From the NCBI GenBank assembly GCA_040768905.1, contig JAXGMA010000001.1, forward strand, positions 1,299,806-1,363,805: a stretch of 64,000 nt of DNA, given 5' to 3'. Of the stretch, positions 30,191 through 39,388 are shown piece after piece. Source of the stretch: Christensenellales bacterium. GTDB lineage: Bacteria; Bacillota; Clostridia; Christensenellales; SZUA-584. The notes under the pieces were generated by a model. That model was not told the DNA's origin. It was given only the letters and a program-made list of their open reading frames with translations, and did no database searches. Each line of letters begins with the position of its first letter. Within the stretch, counting starts at the first letter, position 1. Made by a program: the position numbers and the translations under genes.

Positions 30191-30889
30191 TTAGCGCCAA
30201 TCCTCCATGCTGTACAGCTTCAAACCATCCAAATTGATACCGTAAAAAGACGAAAGGTGCGAAACGATGTGTTTCAATACTTTTCCTGTGTTTCTCTCAA
30301 AAAGTGCTTCAACGATCAGATCATGATGTTCTATCTTTTTGAGGCTGTCTTGAACATCCAGATATTTTGTTGCCTGCAAAAGCTGAATTTTCAGGTACAG
30401 CTCTTTTTGCATTTTGAGCAGAAAATCATTATTACCGATCTTCGTCAGCTCTATATGAAAATCACAATCTTTTTTGATCCTGTTGAACATATCGCCCTGC
30501 ATGGCTGCCTCTTTGCACTCTTCTGCAATATTTCTTAGATTTAGAAAATCCGCATTGCTGCCATACTGGACGGCGTACTGGGCGGCCAGACAATCCATGT
30601 TGATTCTGAGCAGGCCAAGATCTTTGATTTCTTTATCCGAAAATGAGATGACTTCTGCATGCCTGTTGGGATAAATATTGACAAGCCCCTGCATGGACAG
30701 CTTTCTCAGAGCTTCACGGATCGGTGTTCTGCTGACACCCAGCTGCAGCGCTATTTTCTCCTCCTGCAGTTTCTCTCCGCATTGAATTTGCTTATCTAAA
30801 ATCATGCTTTTGATATACTCATGCACCAAGACCGACAAATTCTTTCCGACAAACTTTGGATCGCTCTGAATCTCTTTTAGTCCTTCCAT
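30191..30889 (-). CDS. GntR-family transcriptional regulator, FadR/FCD subfamily
   Basis: 232 aa with an N-terminal winged HTH (EEKIALQLGVSRTPIREALRKL) and a helical FCD-type C-terminal domain. Confidence 0.85.
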   Translation of the reverse strand: MEGLKEIQSDPKFVGKNLSVLVHEYIKSMILDKQIQCGEKLQEEKIALQLGVSRTPIREALRKLSMQGLVNIYPNRHAEVISFSDKEIKDLGLLRINMDCLAAQYAVQYGSNADFLNLRNIAEECKEAAMQGDMFNRIKKDCDFHIELTKIGNNDFLLKMQKELYLKIQLLQATKYLDVQDSLKKIEHHDLIVEALFERNTGKVLKHIVSHLSSFYGINLDGLKLYSMEDWR

Positions 30890-30953
30890 GCCTATAACCT
30901 CATCTCTGCAGTTAAGCTTGATCCTTCGCTTAGCCGCATATTATTTTCTCTGC

Positions 30954-31882
30954 TCAATCCTGAACAAACCCTGACCCGCCAATGCTGACTCTGAGCCCCG
31001 CGTTTTCTGCAAGCTTTTTGCATTGCTGCGCTTTTTCGGTGCTTTGTTCCGGCCAGTCATGCATCTCGTACATGCTGCCTGTCATCTCATACTTTGATGA
31101 TCCGATCTGATGGAAAGGCAGTATATGCATCTCGCTCACGCCGTCAAGCCCCGCAGCAAACCGCACAATTTTCCCGAACTCATTCTCATCATCGTTCACA
31201 TCGGTGATCAGCGGCACGCGTATGATCATCTTCGCACCCATACCGGCCAGCCTTTGCGCGTTTTCAAGTATTAAACTGTTGTCAACGCCCGTCCACTTCA
31301 TGTGGAGCTTTGCATCTACCGCCTTGATGTCATAAAGAAAAAGATCAGTATACGCGGCAATTTCCTTTAAATTTTCCCATTTGGCATAGCCGCACGTCTC
31401 TACCGCTGTGTGTATCCTTTCATGCCGCAAGCGCTTGAGCAGTTCAACACAGAATTCTTTATGCTGCGTCGGTTCGCCTCCGCTCAGCGTGACCCCTCCG
31501 CCAGATGTCCTGAACACGACCTCATCCTTCATGACTTCCTTGAAGAGCGTGCTCACTGTATACAGCTTGCCTGAAGGGTTCCGCGCATTGAAATAGCATT
31601 CTTCAACGCATTTGAAGCAGTGTGTGCACTTGTCAAAGTCCGTCAGTACATTTGCGTCTGCGTCTGCATGAATGGCGCCTTCCGGACAAACGGGTATACA
31701 CGCCATACATTTGCTGCAGTTGTATTCATTGAACATCAGCCGGGGCTTGTTGGGTATGGCCTCCGGATTCTGACACCACTTGCACCTAAGCGGGCATCCT
31801 AAAAAAAAACTATGGTGCGCAAACCCGGCCCGTCATGCAATGAACACCTCTGGATATTTGAAACATATACATTATACTCCAT
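30954..31882 (-). CDS. glycyl-radical-enzyme activating enzyme (radical SAM), interrupted by a 1-nt frameshift in a homopolymer
   Basis: The ATG at 31882 (2 nt after the GRE stop) gives MEYNVYVSNIQRCSLHDGPGLRTIVFF*, stopping at 31799. One frame over, the reading continues (L)GCPLRCKWCQNPE... (CX3CX2C motif) into the 260-aa tracked ORF, which has ferredoxin-like CxxCxxCxxxCP clusters and GGEP. The break is the A9 run at 31801-31809. Confidence 0.85.
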
Positions 31883-31884
31883 TT

Positions 31885-34230
31885 TTACAAACCTTTCTCA
31901 AATCTTTTTATGATGTTATCCTGCTGCACGGGAGCCATCGCTATAAAGTAAGCGGAAAGCCCCCCCATTCTCACTCTTAAATCCTGATGCTTCTCCGGAT
32001 TGACTTTGGCATCCTTTAGATCTTCCGCATTGGTGCTGGTGATCGTCAGGATCTGCCCGCCGAGATTACAGAAAGATTTTATAAGATTTTTGAGCCTGTC
32101 AAGCCCGGCTTCATCTGCATAATCATTGGAGTTCTCGGCAATATCGACAGGCGTTCCGCAGTAATACTTGATCAAAGAAGGCTTGCTGATGGTCTTGAAT
32201 ATCGCGGTTGCCCCGTTCACATCTGCGCCTGCTACCGGCGAATAGTTGGGTGCGAGCGGTCCGCCGAACTCACGTCCGTCTGCCGATGCGCCGATATCAC
32301 GGCCAAGCACAGCATAATTTTCAAATGTGCCGATCCCGACAGGGAACATCATGACATTTTGCTTCCTGCGCCAGATCTCGACACGGTCTTCAAAATCTTT
32401 AAGCAGCCGAACCGCTAAATCATCCACGTAGTCATCATCATTCCCGAATTTGGGAACCATGTTTTTGGCCATTGCGCGCAGGCGCTCATGCCCTTTCCAG
32501 CCGTCTTTGAGGGCCTGTACAATCTCTGACATCTTGACCTTTTTTTCTTCAAAGACCAGCTTTTTGATCACAGCCAGAGAATCGACCGTATTGGCAAGGC
32601 CGGTCACAAGGATCAGATGGAAGATGTATTTGGCGCCGTCTTGCGAAATATCCCTGCCTTTTTCGATGCAGTTGTCGATCATTGTTGAGAACAACGGGTC
32701 CGGCGCGATCATAAACGACAAACCGAAATTTTCGAGCCTGCGTTTGCACTGAAAATCGATCGCTTCGAACATTTGCTTCTTATAGGCGGCATAGAACATC
32801 TCAAAATTGTCAAACTCACAAGGATCGCCCGTGTCAAGCCCTTCACGCACGTTGTTGTTGAGCGATACGCCCCTGTGGAGCACCCATTCCAGACAGCGCA
32901 GGTTCATCACATGCGCATAGCTGAAATGGCTCTTTCCGGCAACAAGCGTCTCCCAGCAGCCATCATTGCTGTAATCACGCGCGTCCTCGACCGGTATGCC
33001 GATATCCACGAAACCCGGAATGATGGTGTCGTCATTATATATCATCGGTTCGCCCTGGCCGTACCTTAACGCATTGGCGATGGTTTTATAGAATGCATCA
33101 GGGGTATCCTTATGGACCCTTGCTGCCAGCGTCGGCATAAGCAGCGACATTTCGTGCATCAGATCGATAAAGAGGTAAGAAACCTCGTTCGTCGCATCTT
33201 TTCCGTCTCTACCGAGACCGCCGACGATACAGTTCATCAGCCAGTCATTGCCCGACTGCCCGTAGTTAAAGTTGGCTTCGCTGTCATCGGGTTCGTTTTC
33301 CTGCCATGTGAGCCCTCTTTGCTCAAAGCCGCCTGTGATCGTCTTTGCAAGGGCTTCGTCGGGCACGAGCCCCTGGGAAAATAAACCGAAGCTGTAGTGG
33401 TTCTCAGCCTGTTTGGTATCGATGATGATGCGCTCGTTGCATTTGATGAGAAAACTGCCGATAAGATCAAGCGCACGCTCTTTCGTGATGCGTTTTTCAT
33501 CAAGGTCTTTTTTGTAATAAGGATAAATATACTGGTCTGCCCTGCCGAGAGGTACATATTCGCCGCCGCTGTTGACCATACAGTAAATAAACCAGAAGGA
33601 TTGCAGCGCTTCATGCAGGGTACGGGCAGGCTTTTGCGGCACATGAGAACATGCCTCATAAATCTCCAGCAATTCCCTCTTGCGAATGACATCTTCACAG
33701 GCAAGAGACTGTTTGAGTGCTTCCTGTGCATGCCTTTTTGCAAAATCCACAACGCCGTCAAGCGCAATGATCATCGCCCGGTATTCAATAAGCGCCGCTT
33801 CATCCGGATGGGATGCGCGCATCTGGCGTTCTATCGCCGCGCCTATCTCCTGTTTTAATCCATCGATGCCGATCTCGATGACCTTATCGTACTGCGGCGG
33901 ATGGTGCCCCCATATCGAGGCTTCGTTCAGCTGGTACTTCGCCGCTTCTTCGCCCTCTTCTTTGGTATAATAAATGGGCATCACCGTTCCCCAGCCGACG
34001 CTGTTCTGGTTGGGGTTGCCGACAATAAGCTCATCCGGTTTGATGATCGCCGGCAGGTGATTTCCGATATAGGCCTGCGCCATCGCCTTGCGCACAACAA
34101 GCGGTTCGCTTACAAGATGCTCGTTTCCGTCGAGAATATTGGTATCGACAAAATGCCACACGCCTTTGTCTTTATATTCGACGTTGAACAACCTATCTTT
34201 TAATTTTTCAAGCCTGCTTGTCAGTTCCAT
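31885..34230 (-). CDS. glycyl radical enzyme, PFL2/dehydratase-like but divergent
   Basis: 781 aa. DELIVGN N-terminal motif, Cys-loop NDGCWE (GCxE type), FGNDDDYVD, GASADGR, and C-terminal radical-domain motif RVRMGGLSAYF in place of the usual RVAGYSAxF. RBS AAGGAGG. Confidence 0.9.
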   Translation of the reverse strand: MELTSRLEKLKDRLFNVEYKDKGVWHFVDTNILDGNEHLVSEPLVVRKAMAQAYIGNHLPAIIKPDELIVGNPNQNSVGWGTVMPIYYTKEEGEEAAKYQLNEASIWGHHPPQYDKVIEIGIDGLKQEIGAAIERQMRASHPDEAALIEYRAMIIALDGVVDFAKRHAQEALKQSLACEDVIRKRELLEIYEACSHVPQKPARTLHEALQSFWFIYCMVNSGGEYVPLGRADQYIYPYYKKDLDEKRITKERALDLIGSFLIKCNERIIIDTKQAENHYSFGLFSQGLVPDEALAKTITGGFEQRGLTWQENEPDDSEANFNYGQSGNDWLMNCIVGGLGRDGKDATNEVSYLFIDLMHEMSLLMPTLAARVHKDTPDAFYKTIANALRYGQGEPMIYNDDTIIPGFVDIGIPVEDARDYSNDGCWETLVAGKSHFSYAHVMNLRCLEWVLHRGVSLNNNVREGLDTGDPCEFDNFEMFYAAYKKQMFEAIDFQCKRRLENFGLSFMIAPDPLFSTMIDNCIEKGRDISQDGAKYIFHLILVTGLANTVDSLAVIKKLVFEEKKVKMSEIVQALKDGWKGHERLRAMAKNMVPKFGNDDDYVDDLAVRLLKDFEDRVEIWRRKQNVMMFPVGIGTFENYAVLGRDIGASADGREFGGPLAPNYSPVAGADVNGATAIFKTISKPSLIKYYCGTPVDIAENSNDYADEAGLDRLKNLIKSFCNLGGQILTITSTNAEDLKDAKVNPEKHQDLRVRMGGLSAYFIAMAPVQQDNIIKRFEKGL

Positions 34231-34251
34231 TTATATTACCTCCTTAGCCGG

Positions 34252-35232
34252 TCATTTTATAATGATGTTTCTTGAGCTCCTGTCTGCCGTGATAAAGATC
34301 GCGATCAGCAGCAGCAATCCGAAAACGATCTGCTGATAAAATGAATCGAGCCCGACAGCTGAGATGCCATTCTGGATGATCGCCACAACCGCGCAGCCGA
34401 CCGTCATCCAGAGCGCGTTGCCTCTGCCGCCTGACAGCGATACACCGCCCAATACAGCTGCGGCAATGCACATCAGGGTGAGCGGGTCTCCGACGTACGG
34501 CGAAGCGCTTTTAAGTTTTGCGACCAATAGAATGCCCATCATACTGCTCAAAAACGCGCTCACCACATAGGCGAACATTTTTGTCTTGCGGATCGGGACA
34601 CCCGCCATGCGCGCCGCTTTTTCATTTGCGCCGATAGCATATATGTATTTCCCGAGGCTCGTTTTTTTCAGCAGGATATAGGCGATTATAACGACCGCTA
34701 CACCGATGAGGAAGTAAACAGTGAATATATCGATGACCGTGATCTTGGTAAAATCAAAGATTTCCCCTTGTGCACGCGGCACCGATACGGATCCGGAACC
34801 GGAAACGACAAGCGCAAGGCTGTTCCATATGCTCATGGTCCCGAGTGTCGCGATAAACGAGGGTATCTTCACAAACGTAAACAAAAATCCGTTTAACAGC
34901 CCCGCCAGTATGCCGAACAGCAATGGCAGCAGGATGCCGCCTGCGCCGCCTAAAGCTCCGAGCAGCGTGGCGCACAGCACTGCAGAGAACGAGCAGACGC
35001 CGCCCAAAGATAAGTCAATGGAGCCGATAATCAAAACAAACGTGATGCCTGCGCCCATAACCAGAAAAGTCGTCATGTCGGTGAGCAGGTTCTTGATGTT
35101 GAGCGGCCGCAAAAAATTCGGATTGATCGAAGTGATCACAACGACAAGCACCACGATGACAAGCAAGCTGATGTATCTTGTGATGTTGGCTCCGCTCGTG
35201 TTGATTTTTAATCTGTTCATTAAAGGTTTCAT
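34252..35232 (-). CDS. ABC sugar transporter permease (RbsC/CUT2 type)
   Basis: 326 aa, multi-pass hydrophobic protein with the branched-chain/ribose-type permease pattern (GSIDLSLGG). Confidence 0.85.
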   Translation of the reverse strand: MKPLMNRLKINTSGANITRYISLLVIVVLVVVITSINPNFLRPLNIKNLLTDMTTFLVMGAGITFVLIIGSIDLSLGGVCSFSAVLCATLLGALGGAGGILLPLLFGILAGLLNGFLFTFVKIPSFIATLGTMSIWNSLALVVSGSGSVSVPRAQGEIFDFTKITVIDIFTVYFLIGVAVVIIAYILLKKTSLGKYIYAIGANEKAARMAGVPIRKTKMFAYVVSAFLSSMMGILLVAKLKSASPYVGDPLTLMCIAAAVLGGVSLSGGRGNALWMTVGCAVVAIIQNGISAVGLDSFYQQIVFGLLLLIAIFITADRSSRNIIIK

Positions 35233-35244
35233 GTTTGTCTCCCC

Positions 35245-36771
35245 CTACATCATCAATTTAACGATATCGACTTGTTCGGGCTTGTTTTCGCGCCCCGCTT
35301 CAAACTCTCCGGTAATAAGGCCGTCTTTCATGGTCAGTACCCGGTTTCCAATCCCGATGCATTCGGCCAATGTGTCTCCCAAAAGTATGACCGCAAGGCC
35401 TGTTTTTGTGGCTTCTCTGATGATCGAATATATTTCTTCCTTCGCGCCGACATCAACGCCTCTTGTGGGGTGGTTGAGTATCAACACCTTGGCTTCAGAA
35501 GCCAGAACTCTCGAAAAAACGACCTTCTGCGCATTGCCGCCGCTCAGTGACTCGACAAGCTCTTGCTCACTGCTGCATTTGATATTTAATTTGCCGATCC
35601 ACTCCTTGGACTTTTTGAGCTGCTTGCCTTTTGAGATGAAAAGGCCGGAGCTGACGTTCTTGTAATTGGAAAGGCAGATGTTTTCGTAAACAGGCAGGAT
35701 GCCGAGTATACCTTCTTCCCGCCGTTCCTTGGGTATAGAAAGTATGCCTTTTCTCAATGCCGCGGACGGCTCTGCGTTGGATATTTTTTTGCCGAAAAGC
35801 TCGATGACGCCCGAGGTTGCTTTATCGTCACCTGCGATGACTTCGCAGACCTCCTCTTTGCCGGAACCCACAACGCCCGCGATACTGATGACTTCGCCCT
35901 CATGCAGGTCAAAGCTCACATCACGGAAAGCGCCCTTTTTACTCAAGTTTTTCAAACTGAGCACCACATTGTCTTTGGGGTCAGTCTGTTTGTCGATCTT
36001 GTAGTATTCGCCTGTTCCGCTCCTGCCGACCATCAGCTCGTAGATCTTATCTTCGTTGGCCTCTGATGTCTTGATTTCACCGACGTTTTGTCCGTCCTTG
36101 AAGACATAAATACGATCCGTAATCTCAAGAACCTCGTCAAGACGGTGCGAGACAAAGATGACGGCATTGCCCTCTTCTTTAAGTTTTTTCATCTCGGTAT
36201 ACAACTGCTTTATTTCTGCGTCGCCGAGCACAGATGTCGGCTCGTCAAGCAATATGATCGCCCTGTCTGATTTTGAGCTTCTTGCCGTGTTGAGCACCTT
36301 GGCGATCTCCACCATCTGCCTTTTTGCAAAAGTCAGCTCTCCCGCTTTCTTTTCCGGCGGGATGTCCTCGTTATCGATTTCTTTTAATATGTCGGCGGCC
36401 GCTGTGTACATTTTGCGCCAGTTGATAAAGCCGAATGTCTTAAACTCCTTTTCCTTGCCGAAGAAGATATTCTGGCCGACTGTCAGATTGGAAACGATAG
36501 ATTGTTCCTGAAAAACCATGCCTACGCCCAGCGCATTGGCTTCCCGCGGGTTCCGCGGCGCATACTTTTTGCCGCGTATCAGCATTTCGCCTTTATCAGC
36601 GCGTTCCACACCGTTGATGATCCTGAACAGCGTCGTCTTGCCGGCGCCGTTCTCGCCGACCAACCCAAGGATCTCGCCTTCATATATGTTGAGGTTAACG
36701 CTCTTTAACGCCTGCACCCCCGGATATGTTTTGTTTATGTCTTTAGCTTCAAATAACAGCTTCTTTTCCAT
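35245..36771 (-). CDS. ABC sugar transporter ATP-binding protein (duplicated ATPase, RbsA type)
   Basis: 508 aa with Walker A GENGAGKTT, LSGGNAQK signature-like motifs and two nucleotide-binding halves. Confidence 0.9.
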   Translation of the reverse strand: MEKKLLFEAKDINKTYPGVQALKSVNLNIYEGEILGLVGENGAGKTTLFRIINGVERADKGEMLIRGKKYAPRNPREANALGVGMVFQEQSIVSNLTVGQNIFFGKEKEFKTFGFINWRKMYTAAADILKEIDNEDIPPEKKAGELTFAKRQMVEIAKVLNTARSSKSDRAIILLDEPTSVLGDAEIKQLYTEMKKLKEEGNAVIFVSHRLDEVLEITDRIYVFKDGQNVGEIKTSEANEDKIYELMVGRSGTGEYYKIDKQTDPKDNVVLSLKNLSKKGAFRDVSFDLHEGEVISIAGVVGSGKEEVCEVIAGDDKATSGVIELFGKKISNAEPSAALRKGILSIPKERREEGILGILPVYENICLSNYKNVSSGLFISKGKQLKKSKEWIGKLNIKCSSEQELVESLSGGNAQKVVFSRVLASEAKVLILNHPTRGVDVGAKEEIYSIIREATKTGLAVILLGDTLAECIGIGNRVLTMKDGLITGEFEAGRENKPEQVDIVKLMM

Positions 36772-36801
36772 AAATACACCGCTCCTTTGTTTCTGGGTTG
36801 A

Positions 36802-37818
36802 TTATTTGTTGACAAGTTTACGGCCTCTGGTCACCGAAACCGCGACAGCGGCCAGTATGATGGCTCCCTGTATTCCCGTTTGTATCGTGGCATCGACGCC
36901 TGACATGATAAGGCCGTTTTGCAGCACGGTGACGATGGCAGCGCCCAACAGCGTATTGACCACGCCGCCTTTGCCGCCGCTCAGCGCAGTGCCGCCGACA
37001 ACGACCGCAGTCAAAGCCGGAAACAGCTGGTTTTGCCCGGAGAGTATCGTTCCCCTCCCTAATTTGCCCGCACTGAGAACGCCCGCAACACCGACGCACA
37101 GCCCGGCCAGCACAAATGATATGATCTTGACCTTGTCGATGCTGATGCCGGAGACTTTGGGTATCGTCTCGTTATCGCCGATAGAATAGATATACCTGCC
37201 GTAAGCCGTGTAGCGCTGTATGACGAACATGATGAGGAAAACAACTATGCCGACCAAAAACGTATACGGTACCATGCCGGCGATGTCTCCGTTCACGAGC
37301 GTCTTTAAGAAATCATATTGAAGGAATGCGGGTATGCCCTGATAGGAGAGCATCCCGGCGCCGGCCGCCACGCTTGACATCGCCAGGGTGACCATGAAAG
37401 AAGGCAGCTTGGCTTTGACGTGTATATAACCGTTTATAAAGCCGATCGCGCCGCAGCACAGTACAGAAAGAATCAGGCCGAAAATCCCTAGGTCAAGGGG
37501 GAACTTATCGCTGATTACAAAGATGCTGATGATAGAAGCGGAAAACCCCATCACGCCCTCAAGTGAAAGGTCAATACTGCCCATGATGACGACAAATGTC
37601 AAACCGAGAGAGAGAATTAGCGGTATCGCCAGTTGGTTGAGTAATGCCCTTATGTTCATGGGCGCCAAAAAGGATGGCTGTGCGATCATAAAGACCACGA
37701 TGAGCAAAAAGAGAATGATGACCGGTGCGATCCTGATAATCTTCGCCTTGGTGTTCTGCGCTTTGACCTGTTGCGCGAACTCTTCACCCACGGTAAGCTT
37801 TTTATTGTTTTCTGCCAT
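36802..37818 (-). CDS. ABC sugar transporter permease (RbsC/CUT2 type)
   Basis: 338 aa hydrophobic protein with GSIDLSLEG. Second permease of the same system. Confidence 0.85.
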   Translation of the reverse strand: MAENNKKLTVGEEFAQQVKAQNTKAKIIRIAPVIILFLLIVVFMIAQPSFLAPMNIRALLNQLAIPLILSLGLTFVVIMGSIDLSLEGVMGFSASIISIFVISDKFPLDLGIFGLILSVLCCGAIGFINGYIHVKAKLPSFMVTLAMSSVAAGAGMLSYQGIPAFLQYDFLKTLVNGDIAGMVPYTFLVGIVVFLIMFVIQRYTAYGRYIYSIGDNETIPKVSGISIDKVKIISFVLAGLCVGVAGVLSAGKLGRGTILSGQNQLFPALTAVVVGGTALSGGKGGVVNTLLGAAIVTVLQNGLIMSGVDATIQTGIQGAIILAAVAVSVTRGRKLVNK

Positions 37819-37994
37819 AGTGTTTCCTCCCGGTTAATGATATAAGTTAAATAACACCGACAACTATATAGACCATTCCAATTATATCATACGCCCCGAG
37901 ATGTTACGCCTCGAGGCGTTAGTTTTCAAGCTTTTTATAAGTACAGTCCTCTATTTTTTTAGGGGCATTTTTTATGATAATGCCTGATTTTTAT

Positions 37995-38020
37995 GAAGGG
38001 AAGCGCAAGCGCTTCCCTTC
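37995..38020 (-). other. perfect 12-bp hairpin just downstream of the binding-protein gene (RNA stabiliser or partial terminator)
   Basis: GAAGGGAAGCGC-AA-GCGCTTCCCTTC is a perfect inverted repeat with no strong U-tract. An extended -10-like TGATATAAT follows on the minus strand before the permease gene. Confidence 0.5.
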
Positions 38021-38035
38021 ACATTTTCTAAAGTA

Positions 38036-39196
38036 TTAGTCTTGGATCAACGGGATATCCCACGGTGCATAGATCATGCTGGAAATGTCCGTGAAGTCGA
38101 ACGACGGCGTGCTAGCTAAGAATTCGTCAACTGTGTCAGCCGTAACAAGAACACCGGATGTCAGGAAGCTTCTCTGATCAAGCGGAAGCTCTGAAGGCAC
38201 GATGTTTCCTGCCCATGCCTGATACAGGTATGCGAGGCCCATGCCGCCCTGTTTGTAAGGATCGCTGAACACTGACGCTGTCATCTTTCCGGCTTTGATA
38301 GCCTGAACAGCGCCGTCGATGCCGTCAACGCCAACGACCTTGATCTTGCCGATGAGGTCTTTTGCCTCAAGCAGCTCTACGACCGAGAGAGCCATACTGT
38401 CATTCGCGCACCAGATGCCGTCGATATCGCTGTACTTCGCCAGCCATGTCTCAGCAATTGTGTAAGCCTGCTGCGGATCCCAGTCAGCCGGCAGATCTTC
38501 GAGCAGCTCTACGCCCGGATATTCCGCCAAAGCTTTCTTCAAGCCTTCGAAACGGTTGATCGCCGCGCTGTTGGCAAGCATGCCCTGGATCGCAAGGACC
38601 TTGCCTTCGCCCGGTGTGTCGAAACTCTCAAACATGGCTTTTGAGATGTTGTAACCGGAGCCGTTGTCATCGAGAGTCTGGTGGAACACATAGTATTCGT
38701 AGTCTTTGATCTTGAGCTCATCAGCTGTGCTCCATGTTGTGCTCCAATATACCTTATTTTCTTCGCAGTATTCCGCGATCGGGACAGCATTCGGAGCATT
38801 GTTAGGATCAACAGTGACTATGCAGTTCGGTGCATAAGACGCGATAAAGTCTCTAACAACCGTCAGCTGCTTTTCATCGCTTCCATCGCTGACCAACATG
38901 ACAACTTCACAGTCTTGTCCCTGACTCTTGAGCCAATCTGCAAACATCTGGCCGCCTTCCTGCAGCTGGATGTAATACGGATTTGTCAAAGATCTGATCG
39001 CCATGCCGAGGTAGAGTTTTTCTCCCGCAGCGGGTGCTGGTGCATCAGGCTCTTGAGCATCAGGCTCTTGAGCAGCCGGCTTTTCAACAGCAGGGGCCTC
39101 CGTGTCAGGTGTTTGGGTTTGCGGCTGGCAACCTGCCATCACGATGCTCAGCGCGAAAACCAGAGCGAGAATCATTACTACTGCTTTTTTCAACAT
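38036..39196 (-). CDS. ABC sugar/polyol-binding lipoprotein (periplasmic-binding-protein type I)
   Basis: Signal peptide plus lipobox (LSIVMAGC), a Pro/Glu/Ala-rich linker, then a PBP-type fold. The ATG at 39196 has AGGAGG 5 nt upstream. Confidence 0.85.
   Translation of the reverse strand: MLKKAVVMILALVFALSIVMAGCQPQTQTPDTEAPAVEKPAAQEPDAQEPDAPAPAAGEKLYLGMAIRSLTNPYYIQLQEGGQMFADWLKSQGQDCEVVMLVSDGSDEKQLTVVRDFIASYAPNCIVTVDPNNAPNAVPIAEYCEENKVYWSTTWSTADELKIKDYEYYVFHQTLDDNGSGYNISKAMFESFDTPGEGKVLAIQGMLANSAAINRFEGLKKALAEYPGVELLEDLPADWDPQQAYTIAETWLAKYSDIDGIWCANDSMALSVVELLEAKDLIGKIKVVGVDGIDGAVQAIKAGKMTASVFSDPYKQGGMGLAYLYQAWAGNIVPSELPLDQRSFLTSGVLVTADTVDEFLASTPSFDFTDISSMIYAPWDIPLIQD
39042..39071. repeat. 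perfect 15-bp tandem duplication inside the lipoprotein linker
   Basis: GCATCAGGCTCTTGA occurs twice in tandem. It encodes the repeated AQEPD motif of the linker. Confidence 0.9.
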
Positions 39197-39388
39197 ACTT
39201 TCCTCCTTGTTTATTATCACCGAAGGGCTGGGTATATAATAATACTGCGCACCTTCAGAATGAAAAACGGTTATTGATAGCGATTATTTTCTGTTTGCTT
39301 TGTTTCCCCTTAAGACAGTTTTGAAATAACTGGTGCGTTCTGTCACATAATGGTATTCTATCATATTTCTTTGTACTTTATATGCGTT

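Noticed and set aside
30954-39220. A GRE-associated bacterial microcompartment.
   Set aside because: No BMC-H, BMC-T or BMC-P shell genes lie anywhere in the window. The small ORFs near the GRE are the MoaD-like and cupin proteins instead.
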